From NCBI RefSeq assembly GCF_009834535.1, contig NC_045697.1, positions 15,440,001 to 15,504,000 of the forward strand: a DNA stretch of 64,000 bases. Direction: 5' to 3'. Shown here piece after piece: positions 12,451 to 25,050 of the stretch. The first letter of the stretch is position 1, and the number at the start of each line of letters is the position of its first letter. The position numbers and the translations under genes are program-made. This DNA comes from Camelus ferus. Lineage: Eukaryota. The notes below the pieces were generated by a model, which searched no databases, was not told the origin of the DNA, and saw nothing but the letters and a program-made list of their open reading frames with translations.

Positions 12451-14844
12451 AGTTGATTTTATTTAATGTAGAATTTATACTTCCCCCAGTGAAATCCATG
12501 GACAGTGGCCCTTGATAGATGCTTATAAATATTTGTTAACTGATTTACTGATTCATATGCAAAGGAAATTAGGTTGACAAGAGAGGAAAACTAAGTAGAA
12601 ATTGATTAGCAGGAATAGTATCGTAAAGGAAACCTTTAAACAAAACCTCTGCAACTCATCAAATAGAAGCAAGTATAATACTGCAAACAAAAACCAAAAC
12701 TGCCACCCAGGAGTCATCTAAAAGCTCAACCACTGCTTTCCCCCCGGGGAGTCCTGGCTCTGAGGGAGGAAGACACCGTCTAAAAGCTCTCAATGTGCAG
12801 TCACTGCTGCAGGATCACAGAGGGTTAAGCCTCCTGACAGCAGTGACAGACACATAATCCCTGTCACCACAAACATTCATTGGAAGATCTTTCACATGCG
12901 AGGGAAAAAAAAGCTACTGCTCTTTATCCTTACGTAACATGAAATCTAAGGGTACTGGCGACCCTTCTTTGGCGGTCTCTGCAACAGGCAGATAGCGAAG
13001 GTAACATGCTTCAAAAATAACCACATCAGATATGTCCACCAAAAAGACAGCTAGACTGAGAGCCAAAAGGCCTGGATTTCATCTCTGTCTTTTCCACTTA
13101 CCAGCTGGGTAAATTTAAGTAGTCTCTCTATTTCACTGAGCTCCCCCATTTCTCCATCTGTCAAAACCTTATCAACTGAAACACGTCCATGGATTATATG
13201 ATCCCTTCTTGGTAACACTGGAAGGAAAAACCATCTTTTAAGAAGAGCACTTCAACATGCCCTTGCCTTAGATGCAAGAAAATAATGTTCCAGTAAATAT
13301 CTGTTTTCATTACTTTAGTTGACTAACTAGTTCTAAGCTATTCTAAACTGCTTTTAGAGCACTACTTTTAAGCAAAAGATAAAAGTGCTTCTGGGGAAAA
13401 AAAAAATTGACCCCCATCAGTATAAAAAGATGACTAGGACCCCAAGAGTGGGTTATCTTGCATTAGAGAGACAAGGTCAACTTTTACAGTGTTTGACAGT
13501 CTATTATATCTTTAAAGAAAAAGTGAAACATATTCCAGTGTTCACTATCCCAAGTTGTTGCAGCCAAGGAGAAAGACTTTAGGGATTAAGAAAATTACTT
13601 TTTTTTAATTTAAATATCAGTTTGCACATATTTTTATTGCTCTTATCAAAAATCTTATGCAACTGGGAGGAAGGATTTTAGTAACAGCAATAATGAAAAA
13701 GTATATAATCAAAATTAACAGAGAAGAGTATTCTTTTAGTTCTCAGTGGATAAAGAATAAGTTTAATTAACACAGTAAGTGTGCTTCTCCCCCGCCTCTC
13801 TCTAGCAGGGGCGACAAGAGAAAGAAGACAGAATTAGGTCAGTCCCTCTTGGTGACAGGCCTACAACAAGCAACAAACTGAAAAAAGTCCATTTTACAAA
13901 GGGAATAAATGATTTTCCTGTGGTCGTTTTCATAATTATTTGATGCCTTTCTATTGCTATATTACTTATTTCCTTCCCAATGCTGACAGTTCTTTTTGTG
14001 TGATGTGTGTGAATTATAAATGAGGGACAAATAGCAATTGAGGGTTTCATTTTTCAATACCTATTTGCATCAATTCAAATTCTTTCACGTAACATATCCC
14101 AAGGAAAATGTTCTCTGTCTATTGTGTTTTTATTTATCACACTATCTCAGATCATCTCAAAGCAATATCCCAAGTTTCAGTTAATGCTGTTTTTCATGTC
14201 ACTTTAAAACTGCACAGTCTGATATTCAATAACCAACACAGAATAAATTATCGATTACAAGACCCATGTTGTCCAGGACTTACTCTAATTTTTATTCACC
14301 TAAATTCTCTAATTGCACAAGGCACGGAGGAGAAAGAAGTCATACTTAATTACATAATGGACTCTCAGCTGCAAACAAGATGCTCCGTAAGGGTCCCGAA
14401 GTCCTCCTTCAAAGGAACACACCAGAAGGGGCTTGCTACTGTGTTGTTCTTAGAGTTGTCTCCAGTGCAAATAGATCTTTATAAAGAACAGAATGCAAAG
14501 GACAAAAGACAGTCACCTGGCCAAACATATGTGCCTAACAAGCGTTAATGCCATTTATACCAATGGAATAATGGAGGACCAGGAATACAATGCCATTAAC
14601 ATTGATGTGTTATGTTAAACTATGATAAATGTTGTTAGAGGTCAGAAGTGGTGAAATTTCAGTAACGTCAACTACTTCAACCTGATAACTAAGAAGAGCA
14701 CACTGTATAAAAGCAAGGATTTGTGAATGCCCGTTTAGCATTACTTCTGGGAGAACATGTACTGATTATATGTAACTATACTTTTAGAAATATGTTTTTT
14801 TTTCAATTTTTAGGAATTAATAAAGTTCCCACATAACATAGTTT

Positions 14845-15085
14845 AAAATTTAGGCTCTGGGGTCAGGTGATCTGGAATCTATCCTAATGTCATTTCCACC
14901 ACTTACTTAGTGTATAATCTCAGTAAGTGACTAGACTTCTCTACCACAATTTCTTTTCACTTTAAATAAAAGCAGGTAATAAAATTGTCTCCTTCTTAAG
15001 GTTGTTGTAAGGATCATGTAAGATGATACATTATATCCAGTACATACATATACCTGTAGCTTAGTGAGCTCCTTGAATCAATGGA
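14845..15085 (+). mobile_element. MIR SINE
   Basis: ggctctggggtcagg...ccaccacttact...ggttgttgtaaggat...tagtgagctc. Confidence 0.75.
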
Positions 15086-15249
15086 GCCGCCATCTTCGGT
15101 CCCCTCCATCTTTGGTCGCCCACTTCCTGGTTGTTGTTTCCCACCCAAGCTGGACCTAACAGTTGATTGTGTGAACCACTGTCTCATGAGCACACTCAAT
15201 ACCATTATTATATTATTATCCACTCAATAAATCCCTAATTTGGGCCATT

Positions 15250-16020
15250 GTTAAAATCCATCCACGTTCTTGGCTTCTAAGACCCTGTAGATGAACACTG
15301 AAGAAAATCACATAGTCATACATATAGGCACTATCAAAAATTATTGTCTAAAATATCATCTGAGACTCCAAATATGCCCAGTGGAATTTCTTTGTATCCT
15401 CAGCCAACTCCTATCTTCAGCATCTATATCAAGTTATCTCTTAACTCTTTATGGTTCTGTTCAGGTATTGCCTTCTCCAAGGAGCTTTCTCTGACTGTTC
15501 CTATGAGGTGCTTTGAAAGTATGCTGGCATCATAGCTGGTGCATATTTACTCATGAGGCCTAAGTCATAGACAATACGACACATATAAGACTTGTTGTAT
15601 GGATGAGTAAGTAAGTATTCTGCATGTCTCCATTTCCTGGACAACAAAAGTCCATATCTTATCTTCGTATCCCTACCCCTGCCTCCATAGTGCATACCGG
15701 ATGCTGAATCATTTTTCTTGGAGTGAATTTATCAATAAGTAAATGAATTTAAATATTCAGTTCATTCAGCAATTATTTATTAAGGGCTTATTATGCATCT
15801 CCTACTATGCTGGGTACTGGAAACACAAAGATTTAAAGACCCAGGTCTCCTCCTTATGGAGTTTGCTAAGTGGGCAGGAGAGATGCAAACACATATTTGC
15901 TACATAAGATAATCATCACTCTGGGGAAAGTATGTATAAAGTACTATAGAAGCACAGAGGACAAAGCATCTCGACTGTTGGAATCAGCTAGGGATGCTTT
16001 CAGAAGATGCAGTGTTTGGG
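15250..16020. mobile_element. Two tail-to-tail L2 fragments (+ then -)
   Basis: Plus part ends atttttcttggagtgaatt. Minus part begins ttcattcagcaattatttattaagggcttattatgca...tgctgggtactggaaacaca. Confidence 0.55.
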
Positions 16021-16549
16021 CTGATGCTTCAAGTACTTCCCTTTTTTTGTGAATACCTGTTCAGGAAACAAACTTCATGGTCCTCATTTAATCTTCTGAA
16101 TTAATCTACCCTACCAGCAGGCTTCTTTGTTTGCATGTCAAAAAGGTCACAGAACAGGCTTATACTGATTTGGGTCCTTTGCTCACAGGAGGGCAAAGGA
16201 CCCTGACTGACAACCCTATGAAAATTGCATGCGCTACATAAGAATAGTTCCCACAGTAAGGTGATGATCTGTCATCAGAAGAGGGAAGAATGGAGGCTGG
16301 GAATGCAAAGTAACCAAACAATGAAAAATTCTCCAGTGGACGTGACTGGCTTGGTTCTCAAGCCAGCAGTGTTCCCTAATATAAATTTTTTAAACACCTG
16401 GTTGTATCCATTTAGAATCTTTCAGTTGTAAGTAAGAGAAACCTGACTGCACAGTGACTTCAACAAATAGAGGTGTGTTTTTCTCACTAAATAAGAATTC
16501 TGGAGGTTCCAGTCCAAGACTGATGCAAGAACCACTTGCATCTTAGAGC

Positions 16550-17225
16550 AGCTGATCTTCAAGTGTGGCCCAAGGGCTGCTGGTGCCGGTCCATGAATCA
16601 TTCATTACTGGTATGTAACAATGTTATGGATAGACTTATATCCTCATAATATTCTTGTATCAAAGCCCTAACCCACAATGTGACTATATTTGGAGACAGA
16701 GCCTTTGAAAAAGTAATTAGGGTTAAATGAGGTCAATAATGTGATCAATGTGACTATTTTCTTCATTGGAAGAGGAAGAGACACCAGGGATACACACACA
16801 TACAGAAAAAGTCACATGAGGACACAGAGAGAAGATGGCCATCTGCAAGCCAAGCAGAGAGGCCTCAGGAGAAACTCAGTCGGCCAACACCTTGTTCTTG
16901 GACTTTCAGCCTCCAGAACTGTGAGGAAATACATTTCTGTTGTTTAAGGCACCCAGTCCGTGGGATTTTGCTATAGCAGCCCCAGCAAATGAATATAGAT
17001 AAGATATGCATAGAAAATCAGAGCAAGCACTTAGAAACTTGGATAACAATTTTACAGAATTATTGCATGCCTGCTGACTCTAATGAGAAAATATTTATAC
17101 TTGTATTTTGCACTTTTTTTCATTTCCTTTTTCTATTTATGCATTTTACTGTATTTTGATCAGTCCACAGTAGATTGGAAATTTTTTTTAAAGAGTTTGA
17201 TCACAGATAGTTTGAAAGACACCAC
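16550..17225 (-). mobile_element. Charlie18a-like hAT DNA transposon, split by an MLT1 LTR
   Basis: caagtgtggccc...tggtgccggtccatgaa before the LTR, and gcaagcacttagaaactt...cacagatagtttgaaagacacc after it, match a recalled Charlie18a in reverse. Confidence 0.65.
16622..16997 (+). mobile_element. MaLR solo LTR (MLT1A/B-like)
   Basis: tgttatgga...gtgactatatttggagacagagccttt...gaagatggccatctgcaagccaag...gactttcagcctccagaactgtgag...tttctgttgtttaag...gcaaatgaatata. Confidence 0.9.
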
Positions 17226-17762
17226 CTTCAAGAACCCACGCTCTTTATAGATTTATTTTGGCTTTTGTTATTAGATGAGCAACCTTGTAGTCACAAGATA
17301 CCTGCACCACCTCTAAACATCATAACCTCATTTCAAGCAGAAATAAAGAAGAAAAATGAGGGATGAAAGGCAATAGGGGTACCTACTGAATCTGTCCCTT
17401 TTAATCAGAAAAGCAAAAAATTCCTGGGAAATATATATTTCTGCTTATATCTGCTAGCTAGAACTGTGACAACGGCCACCCTTACTGAAAGGCAGCTAGG
17501 GAGAAGAGGGCAACAGACCGCAGCTGAGTCAGCTAACAAACAGTGAATGCCAAACTGGTTTTACAGTTTAGCTAGTATAAATCAGTCTCCTAGGTCCAGT
17601 CCATTATAGATGTATGATGGATGGGAGGGAGGGAGTGGGGAGGAAGGAAGGAAGATGGATCACTCTGACCTAAGGAAATTCCACCAAGATAAGACTCAAC
17701 TGAGAGGCCATGCAGGCAGCAACCTGTCAGCCTTTCCTTTCAATTCACTAAATCACCACTGA

Positions 17763-17909
17763 TTCAGTCTGATATGTATTCAGATATATCTGAATATATA
17801 TATACACAGTCTGATATATATTAGATATATCTAATATATATCTGATAAATATATCAATCTGATATACACATATATCTATATATGCACATACATACACATA
17901 TGTATATAG
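17763..17909. repeat. AT-rich low-complexity repeat containing two perfect palindromes
   Basis: Repeated tctgatatat units, with palindromes at 17777-17796 and 17813-17842. Confidence 0.9.
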
Positions 17910-19349
17910 CAAGGCACTCATGGGACTGGTTTCACATAAACTGCCTCACTTAGTATAAATTTATGACAGTTCTTAGCTGCACTAGGAAAAAATTCCAAGA
18001 AAATAAATTTAGGTCATTCATTGAAAGAATCAACTTCCAAGAACCATTCTGTCCAAGAGTCTTCATATTAATTGAGATTCTTCCATAACTAGGTAGTGGT
18101 TTAGCATTTTCTATCTTTAAGGCTTTTGGTCTGGCATCATATTTCTTATTGTTATTGGCTCTATTTGACAGATAAGAGAACACGCACAGAATACTCAAGA
18201 ACTGAACCAACACTAAGCATCTACAGACCTAGTACTGAGTATACAGGTCTCCTGAATTATATGCCTCGCTGCCTCCTGACTTCCCATAACTGGACCAATT
18301 GCCAGAATCCAAAATGGGGCCCACTGATGTCCCAGACTCTCTACTCCAGTTCCATCTTTGTTTCCTGCTCACCACCAAGTTACCTCCTTGCAGGATATTC
18401 AAAAGCTCAATTATTTTCCAGACAGGGTTTCCCCCCAGCCCCACTCAAGTTAAGCATTAAGCATTACTGTCTATGTTTTCATTCTTTCATTCATTCAATA
18501 AATGGAGACACAGCAAGAAACAGACATAGAATTTACTAGGAAATCAACATTTAGCTTAATGATAAACAAAATACAGTTGCAAAATGATTACAAAAAGGAA
18601 GCTCAGAGTGCTTTTTGTCCTGGCTGAGCTCTTTCTTAATTCTCTATGCTGTCTCATCAGTTATTATATTACCTTCCTCTTCTATCAAACACTGTAATAA
18701 AAAACATCTCTGAGGATGGGAGCAGGACCATTCATAATGACAAATCAGAGGAAAGGTGAGACTGCATTTATGTCAGAATCTCTGTACCAGCTCTTCTGAG
18801 CCCTACATGACGTTACCTTGTAGCCTTCCCCTTAGTAAAAGCATACCTTAAAGTGTCCAACATCAAAGTCGTAGACTTTCTTGCTTTTGACTCATTAGTG
18901 AATGGACTCAATGACTGTTTAGGCGATATAATACTCTCACACATACACACTTTGTTTCATGTCTCTTTCAAATGCTGCCCTTACATCAAATATCCAATCC
19001 ATTATGCCAGTGATTTCTGTGATTACTGAACATAATTGAGATGAGCTCATTCAGTTTGCCCCTTCAGATATCTGTATATGGAAAGAAAACAAATCAGGAC
19101 AGTGCCTGCTATGTTGGAAAATAATCAATGGCCTGAATCAGAGAAAATAAGGCATGTATCAGACACTCCCATGTAACAGAAAGAGCTCTGAACAGCATGT
19201 ATGAATCCCGCCTGAACAACTTTCTTAGCTGTGGATCAATGGTTAAACCACGTAATTTACCTGAGTCAACTTTCTCACATATTTACCATTAGGTGAACTT
19301 TATAATCTCTAAGATCCCTTAAACTCTATGGTTTATAAAAGCAACTAGA

Positions 19350-19620
19350 AAGTTGAAGCCCACTGACTCAATTCAGACGTATTTTTGTATGCTTCTGTTT
19401 TTGGCCCCAAATACTATAGTGGTTGCAAACATTTAAAAATTGGGAGACATCTCAACAATATGGCTTTCTGGTTTCTCACAGAGAAAAGTCAGAATATCTA
19501 CAACATTAAGCTCGTATGTCTGACACTCGATGCCTTCAGATTGGACCTGCACCGTCCAGGGCATCACAGTTCCCATTGCTTCATATCACCTCGTGGCCCA
19601 CATCATCTGTCTTTCCCCTC
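19350..19620. mobile_element. MER102-like hAT-Charlie fragment
   Basis: gttgcaaacatttaaaaattgggaga...tttctggtttctc...aaaagtcagaatatct resembles a recalled MER102 core. Confidence 0.55.
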
Positions 19621-22199
19621 CTGTCATGTGGTTTCACAAACCCAACTGTCAGGCCTTTATATTTTCAGTTCCTTCTGCAATGGAAGAACCACACCTCCAG
19701 ATTTCCTACTTTATTTCCATCTTAATCGTTATCAGTATCTGAAATTACACATTTTGTTTGGTTGTTCATATTTTTTGTTGTTTGTACCCCAACTAGAACA
19801 AAAACTTTTAGAAGGATGGGATTTTGTCTTGTTCACCAGGGTATTTACAGCACTTAAAATGATGTCTGGTATGGGTAGGTATCAAAAAGCTGTCTATCCA
19901 TTGATTTGTTGTCGACTATAAATCCCTGTCCTTTCAGAATTCATAACCCTCTGTCTGCCAAGTAAAGGGCTTCCAGGAACCACTTTATTAAGGGAGAGCT
20001 CAAAATACAATCCATCAGTATGAATATATTTAAAAATAAATGGTATTGCTTTTCTCTCAGTTATTGAACACATGATCTTTGGAGAATAATTAAAAATAAA
20101 GAAATAAAAATCACTCATAATCTCATTTAACTGAGCCATCTATTTCAAAATGTTGATGACTTTCCATTCTGGTATCTTTTTTCAGAAATTTTGTGTTTAT
20201 ACTTGTTTTACACAACCTCTTGAAGAGAACCAGTCCCTTCCTCCCCTGTAGCAACTCATAAAATAAGAAATTTCCCCAAATTTCCATCTTCTCAGAGCAG
20301 CACTGAGGGGGAAGCAGCTCCTGCCATTTCTGTGCACACACCTGACCTCCTATGGGATGAGAAGGAGTCACGTGACTGCTGAGATAATGAGAGTCTGATA
20401 GTCATTCTTTCACGTTTCTCCATGAGACAGGATTCCTGTACTTAAAGGCTGTTGTTGAGAAGTGAGCCTCGCGCTTGGCTCTCAGTCATAGGCAGCAGTG
20501 GTCTAGCACTGAGGTCTAAGTGAGGAGCTGCCTCTACCTCCTCATCACCCTCCGCTGAGCCTCAAAGTCAAGAGTTGTAGGACATTATAGGAGGCCCCCA
20601 CGTACATCACCTTCTTCAATTTCACTTTATCAGCAACAGCAACAAAAAATACTGTAGATTACATCTCACCTGACTCTGGGTCTATTTCTCTGTTGGTTCA
20701 GAAGGTAAAAGAAAGGGTGGTGAGGGAGTGTATGCACTGCAAATCCTATCAATATTAAGTGCTCAGTCCCGTAACCTGATTTTTCTGTTGAAACTTGCTA
20801 CATTATGTTTTAGATGCCACTACCACATTTGAGATATTTCACATCATGGCAGGTTGGGCCCTCAACCAATGAATGCTGCTCCTACCTTTAGCAGCAGGTG
20901 TTGGACTCCCGCTTTCTGAGAGATGCTAAGCATCCTGCTAGCTCTGTAGCCACAGTAACACAGGGTAGAAGAGGATATGTTATTCTTCCTTTCTCCCTCA
21001 TCCCACATACACCGCCAAACCAATTTTATCCATCTGAAGGCTAACAGTGTCTCATGAATTATGTTTGAACACAACTCCAGTGGTTATGTATTTTTAGTAC
21101 TTTCATACCTTTTTTTGTAATTAATCTCCCTGCAATTATCATCTTACTACTGTTACATTTAGTTTTAATTCTGTTTAAGGATTTGTTCGCAGTTTAGACC
21201 TGGAGCACAAACATTACTGATTTATTGATATTATTGATTCAGCTCTTCCTCCCACACCAAGTGGCTTAAATTAAAATAATCTAAGGATGAGAAACATGAC
21301 TTAATCTTGCATGGTCTCAGAGTACCTCACAAAAGCCAGTACATGGCATCTTCCTAGTCATAACGGGAGACAAATGGTTAGAACAAAAATCAGAAACAAC
21401 ACATGTCCTTGCTAATCTAGGTTACATTTTCCTGATTTGCTTCCCTAGCACCCTGTATTTTCCCAATATAATCCTTCATTGCACTTTATTTTACCTTCTG
21501 TTGATTAACTTTCTTCCTTATTGGACCATAATTTTTGTGAAGGCAGGGAATTCGCCTGTTTTGCTTAAGCCTCAATTCCAAGTGCTACAGTGCCTGTGGT
21601 TTAAAAAAAGGCTTTAAAATAGTATCTCATGAATGAATGCAAGCATGCTGGGTAGAAATATGGTATTTACCACAGAAAACACAGGAACCAAGCTTCAGAA
21701 ACTAGGCAGACCAAGACTGGAAAGACTGGCGCACTACCTTCTCCGAGATCCATTCTCCCAAAAGCACCTTCACCCAATCACCAGCACCCTTGAGCGGGGA
21801 CAAAAAAAGAACACTCTACACTAGAACAGATGGTGCCTGCAGTTCGGGATAGAAAGGAAAGTCAACACCACTTAATATTTTTTTTTTAAAAGAGCAAGTG
21901 TTAAATAAATAAACACATCCTATAGTATTTTTTGGCAAGACTAAGAAAATCTGATAAATAAATAATCTAGCTAAAGAAAAGGCAAATGTAGAAACTAGGG
22001 AAGAGAAATGAGCCAAACCATGGACACGGGGATTTTTTTTTTAATTGCTAAGCATGTAAATAATACCCTGTGCTAATGAAATTAACTACGCAATGAAATG
22101 AATGAGTGTGTGTGTGTCAGAGGGAGCAGGGGTGATTAATGGTGGTAAAAACTCATGAAGCCAGAAACTGCAATAGATTAATAACCATGGAATATATTC

Positions 22200-23680
22200 A
22201 GAAAGGTTGTTGGAGATTTTCTTCCAAAAGTATATGTAACTTCATATGATGAGTTCTTCCAAACAGTCAAGAAACAATAATATTAATGCTGTATAAATTA
22301 CTTCAGAGCATGAATGCAGTTGGAAAGAGTCCATACTGATTTCTGTAAAGATAGTACACTGCTGATATCAAAACCTGGCGAATAAAGATCAATATCATTT
22401 TGAATACTTATGACAAAATTACAAATGAAGTACTAACAAATGAAGATCTGTAATAATATGCACTCAAGAAGAGTTCATCTAAGGGATTTGAATCAAATTA
22501 GAGGAAAATCATATCACCAGATGCCAAAAAGTTATTTTTAAAAATTCAGCATAGAGCTATGATTAAAAAAAAAAAACCTGTTTGTCAATAATTTTCAAAA
22601 GCTAGCTTTTTAATATAGTGAAAAGCACCTATCCCAAATGCTGAATCACTAAAGAAATTGCCATTAGATTGCAAATAACATAAATATTATATCATCTGAC
22701 CAAATTGTGAGCATTCATTATATATAATGTTATTTAACATAAGTCCAGGAGTTTTAATACTGCATAAAGATATAAAATTTTTAAACGAGCTCTATAGCTG
22801 AAAGGGAGGAAACAAAATTATTGTTCTTTTTAGATAAAGTGAGTTGTCTACTTCAAAAACCTGAGATAATCAACTTAAGTATCATAGAAATATGCCACTG
22901 GAAATAAATTAAGTGACATGAGCAAATCAAAATGAATATTAAAAAATTCAATGGCTCTACTTCCATCAAAATGGCTAAAATTAAATACTGACCATGCCAA
23001 ATATTGACAAGAATCTAGAGCAACTCATATTCTTATGAATTGCTGATGGATATGGCACAAATGCTTTGGAAACAATGTGGCAGATCCCTAGAAGTGAGAC
23101 TTGTATTATCAAACAATTCATACATTGCATTCTTAGGTATTTAGTCAGAAAGTCATGAAAATGTATCTCCATACAAAGATTTCCACATGAATGTTCACAG
23201 CAGCATTACTCATAATAGGTAAAAATCTGAAATAACAAAAAGTCCCTTGACGAGTGAATGAAAAATACAGTTTAATATACCTATACAATGGAATATTATT
23301 CACTCTATAAAAAGGAATGAACTGTCGATGCACAAAACAACATGGATGAATTTCAAAATCATTATGCTGAGGGAAAGGAGACGAAAGTAGATCCTGAACG
23401 ATTCCATTTATATAAAAATCTAGAAGTACAAATAAATACATAGTGGGAAAAGATTGGTGGTTGTCCGAGGCTGGGGTTAGGAATGGGATGGGTTGCTAAG
23501 AGGCAGGGGAAATCTGGGGATGGGTCGGGGAATGGATGATGGAAATGTTTGGCATCTTGATTTTGGTAGTTTCAGAAGCATGTACACCAGGGAAAACTCA
23601 GCAAAGTGTAAACTTTAAGTAGAAATGGGTTATTGTACACAAATTATACATCAACAAAGTTACAGTTTAAAAAATACAAC
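22200..23680 (+). mobile_element. Decayed L1M ORF2 remnants followed by an L1M 3' end
   Basis: ctgatatcaaaacctgg; aaaatggctaaaattaaatactgacc...gctttggaaacaatgtggcag...atgttcacagcagcattactcataatag...catggatgaatttcaaaatcattatgctgag, then a G-rich 3' UTR. Confidence 0.8.
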
Positions 23681-23884
23681 CGAACCTTCTGGACAAGGAA
23701 ATACAAAGATTAAGAGACACTTATTATAGTACATGCCCAAATTAAATTGTCTAAAGTCCTTAAAGTCCCTTCTTCTACATATTCTATTGGTTCTTGTTTG
23801 CCTATACAGTGTATGTTTCATTACAATAATTAACAAAATGTAAATATGTGAAGATATAGATATTTATGCAACAGTATTATTAAT

Positions 23885-24363
23885 GACCCTATTAATTCAT
23901 ACTCCATTTTTCCTTTACTGAATGGGGGAGAGAGAGTGGGAGGAAAGATTGAGATTAACTTTACTGAGATGACCATGCCTAACTAAACATTTCACTTCCT
24001 TGACTTTCTTTCAACTAGGGATAACCACACACCATACAATTGGTTGGGAGATGAGGGTTGGCATCTTATAGCTGGGGCTTCTAGGAATACAACTGTTTTG
24101 CTGATAAAGGGGGACATGCTCAGTTGACACACAATTTGCCATTCTCCCCTTCCCTTTCCTCCTGACTAGAGAGCATGAATGAGTGGTGTGGAGAGGCAGC
24201 AGCCATCTTGTAACTGAGAGGGGAAAAAATCAAATGCTAAAGAAGGTAGAGCAAAAAAAGTATCCGAACCAGTTCTGGAAGAGCAACCCCATATCCCTCG
24301 CTATATGAGCAAAATCAATCCCTTGTAAGTTTCATGCAGCTACACAAAATTCTACTAACTCCA
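23885..24363 (+). mobile_element. MaLR solo LTR (MLT1I/J-like)
   Basis: gctggggcttctagga...ggagaggcagcagccatcttgtaactgagaggg...ttcatgcagct...ctaactcca. Confidence 0.65.
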
Positions 24364-24594
24364 GTATTTGTTGAGCTGGAGGGAGAAATACGACTTTAAT
24401 TACCCAAATAATCACATGTTGTTATTGTGGAGATGGGACTTAAAGATCAAGTCATCAAGTTTTCCATTACACACTTGATGAAACAAGTCTAGAAAAATGT
24501 GACTGTCTCAACAGGACACAATCAAGAGAGTCAAATCCAAGCCTCTTGATTCTCAATCCAATACCGTTTCCACTGTCCCTGCTGCCACACTAAA

Positions 24595-25050
24595 TTCAAA
24601 AAAATTTATTAAGAAGGACTCCTCTGTGCCAGGTACTGTGCTTGGTGGTATATGGAGGCAAAGACCATGTTCCAGGAATGCAATACACCTGAAGAGGTAA
24701 GACTACACCAGACTATGAAACAGTAAAAGTAGTTGTAAAATAGAGCTAGTAAAATTAGTCCTATTACATTATGGACCACAATCTCTAGAACAGAAAAAGA
24801 CAACAGTATAAGCCAGTATCATGTATGGTAAGTGATAAGGTATTAATGTTCATATGACAGAAACATCACATTGGGTAGGAATAATCAGAGATGTTTGTAT
24901 GAAGGAATGATGTTTGATCTTTCTTGAAGGAAAGACAGAGTTAAGATAGGCAGAAGACAATGGGGAGGACATTTCTAGAAGGCATAAAATGCCTTTGGCA
25001 AAGAGGTGGCGGTGAAAATGACCAAGAAAAATTTTGGGGAAATACAAATG
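24595..25050 (-). mobile_element. L2 fragment(s)
   Basis: atttattaag...tgtgccaggtactgtgct...ggacatttctagaagg...ggcaaagagg. Confidence 0.55.

Larger units (their letters stand above)
16400..17555 (-). mobile_element. Old MaLR LTR (MLT1J/K/L-like), split by nested insertions at ~16550-17225
   Basis: Left part ctttcagttgtaagtaagagaaacctgact...aacaaatagagg. Right part gtcacaagatacctgcaccacctc...gctagaactgtgacaacggccaccc. Confidence 0.65.

Noticed and set aside
13802..13815. CTCF-like ctagcaggggcgac
   Set aside because: It is one G short of the core spacing and a weak match.
15065..15191. tgagc...tgagc as the TSD of an insertion in a MIR
   Set aside because: The MIR tail can be aligned to completion by ~15083, so no interruption is needed and a 5-bp match is expected by chance.
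19385..19921. 178-aa ORF
   Set aside because: It has a non-ATG start, runs through MER102-like and L2 remnants, and shows no recognisable domain.
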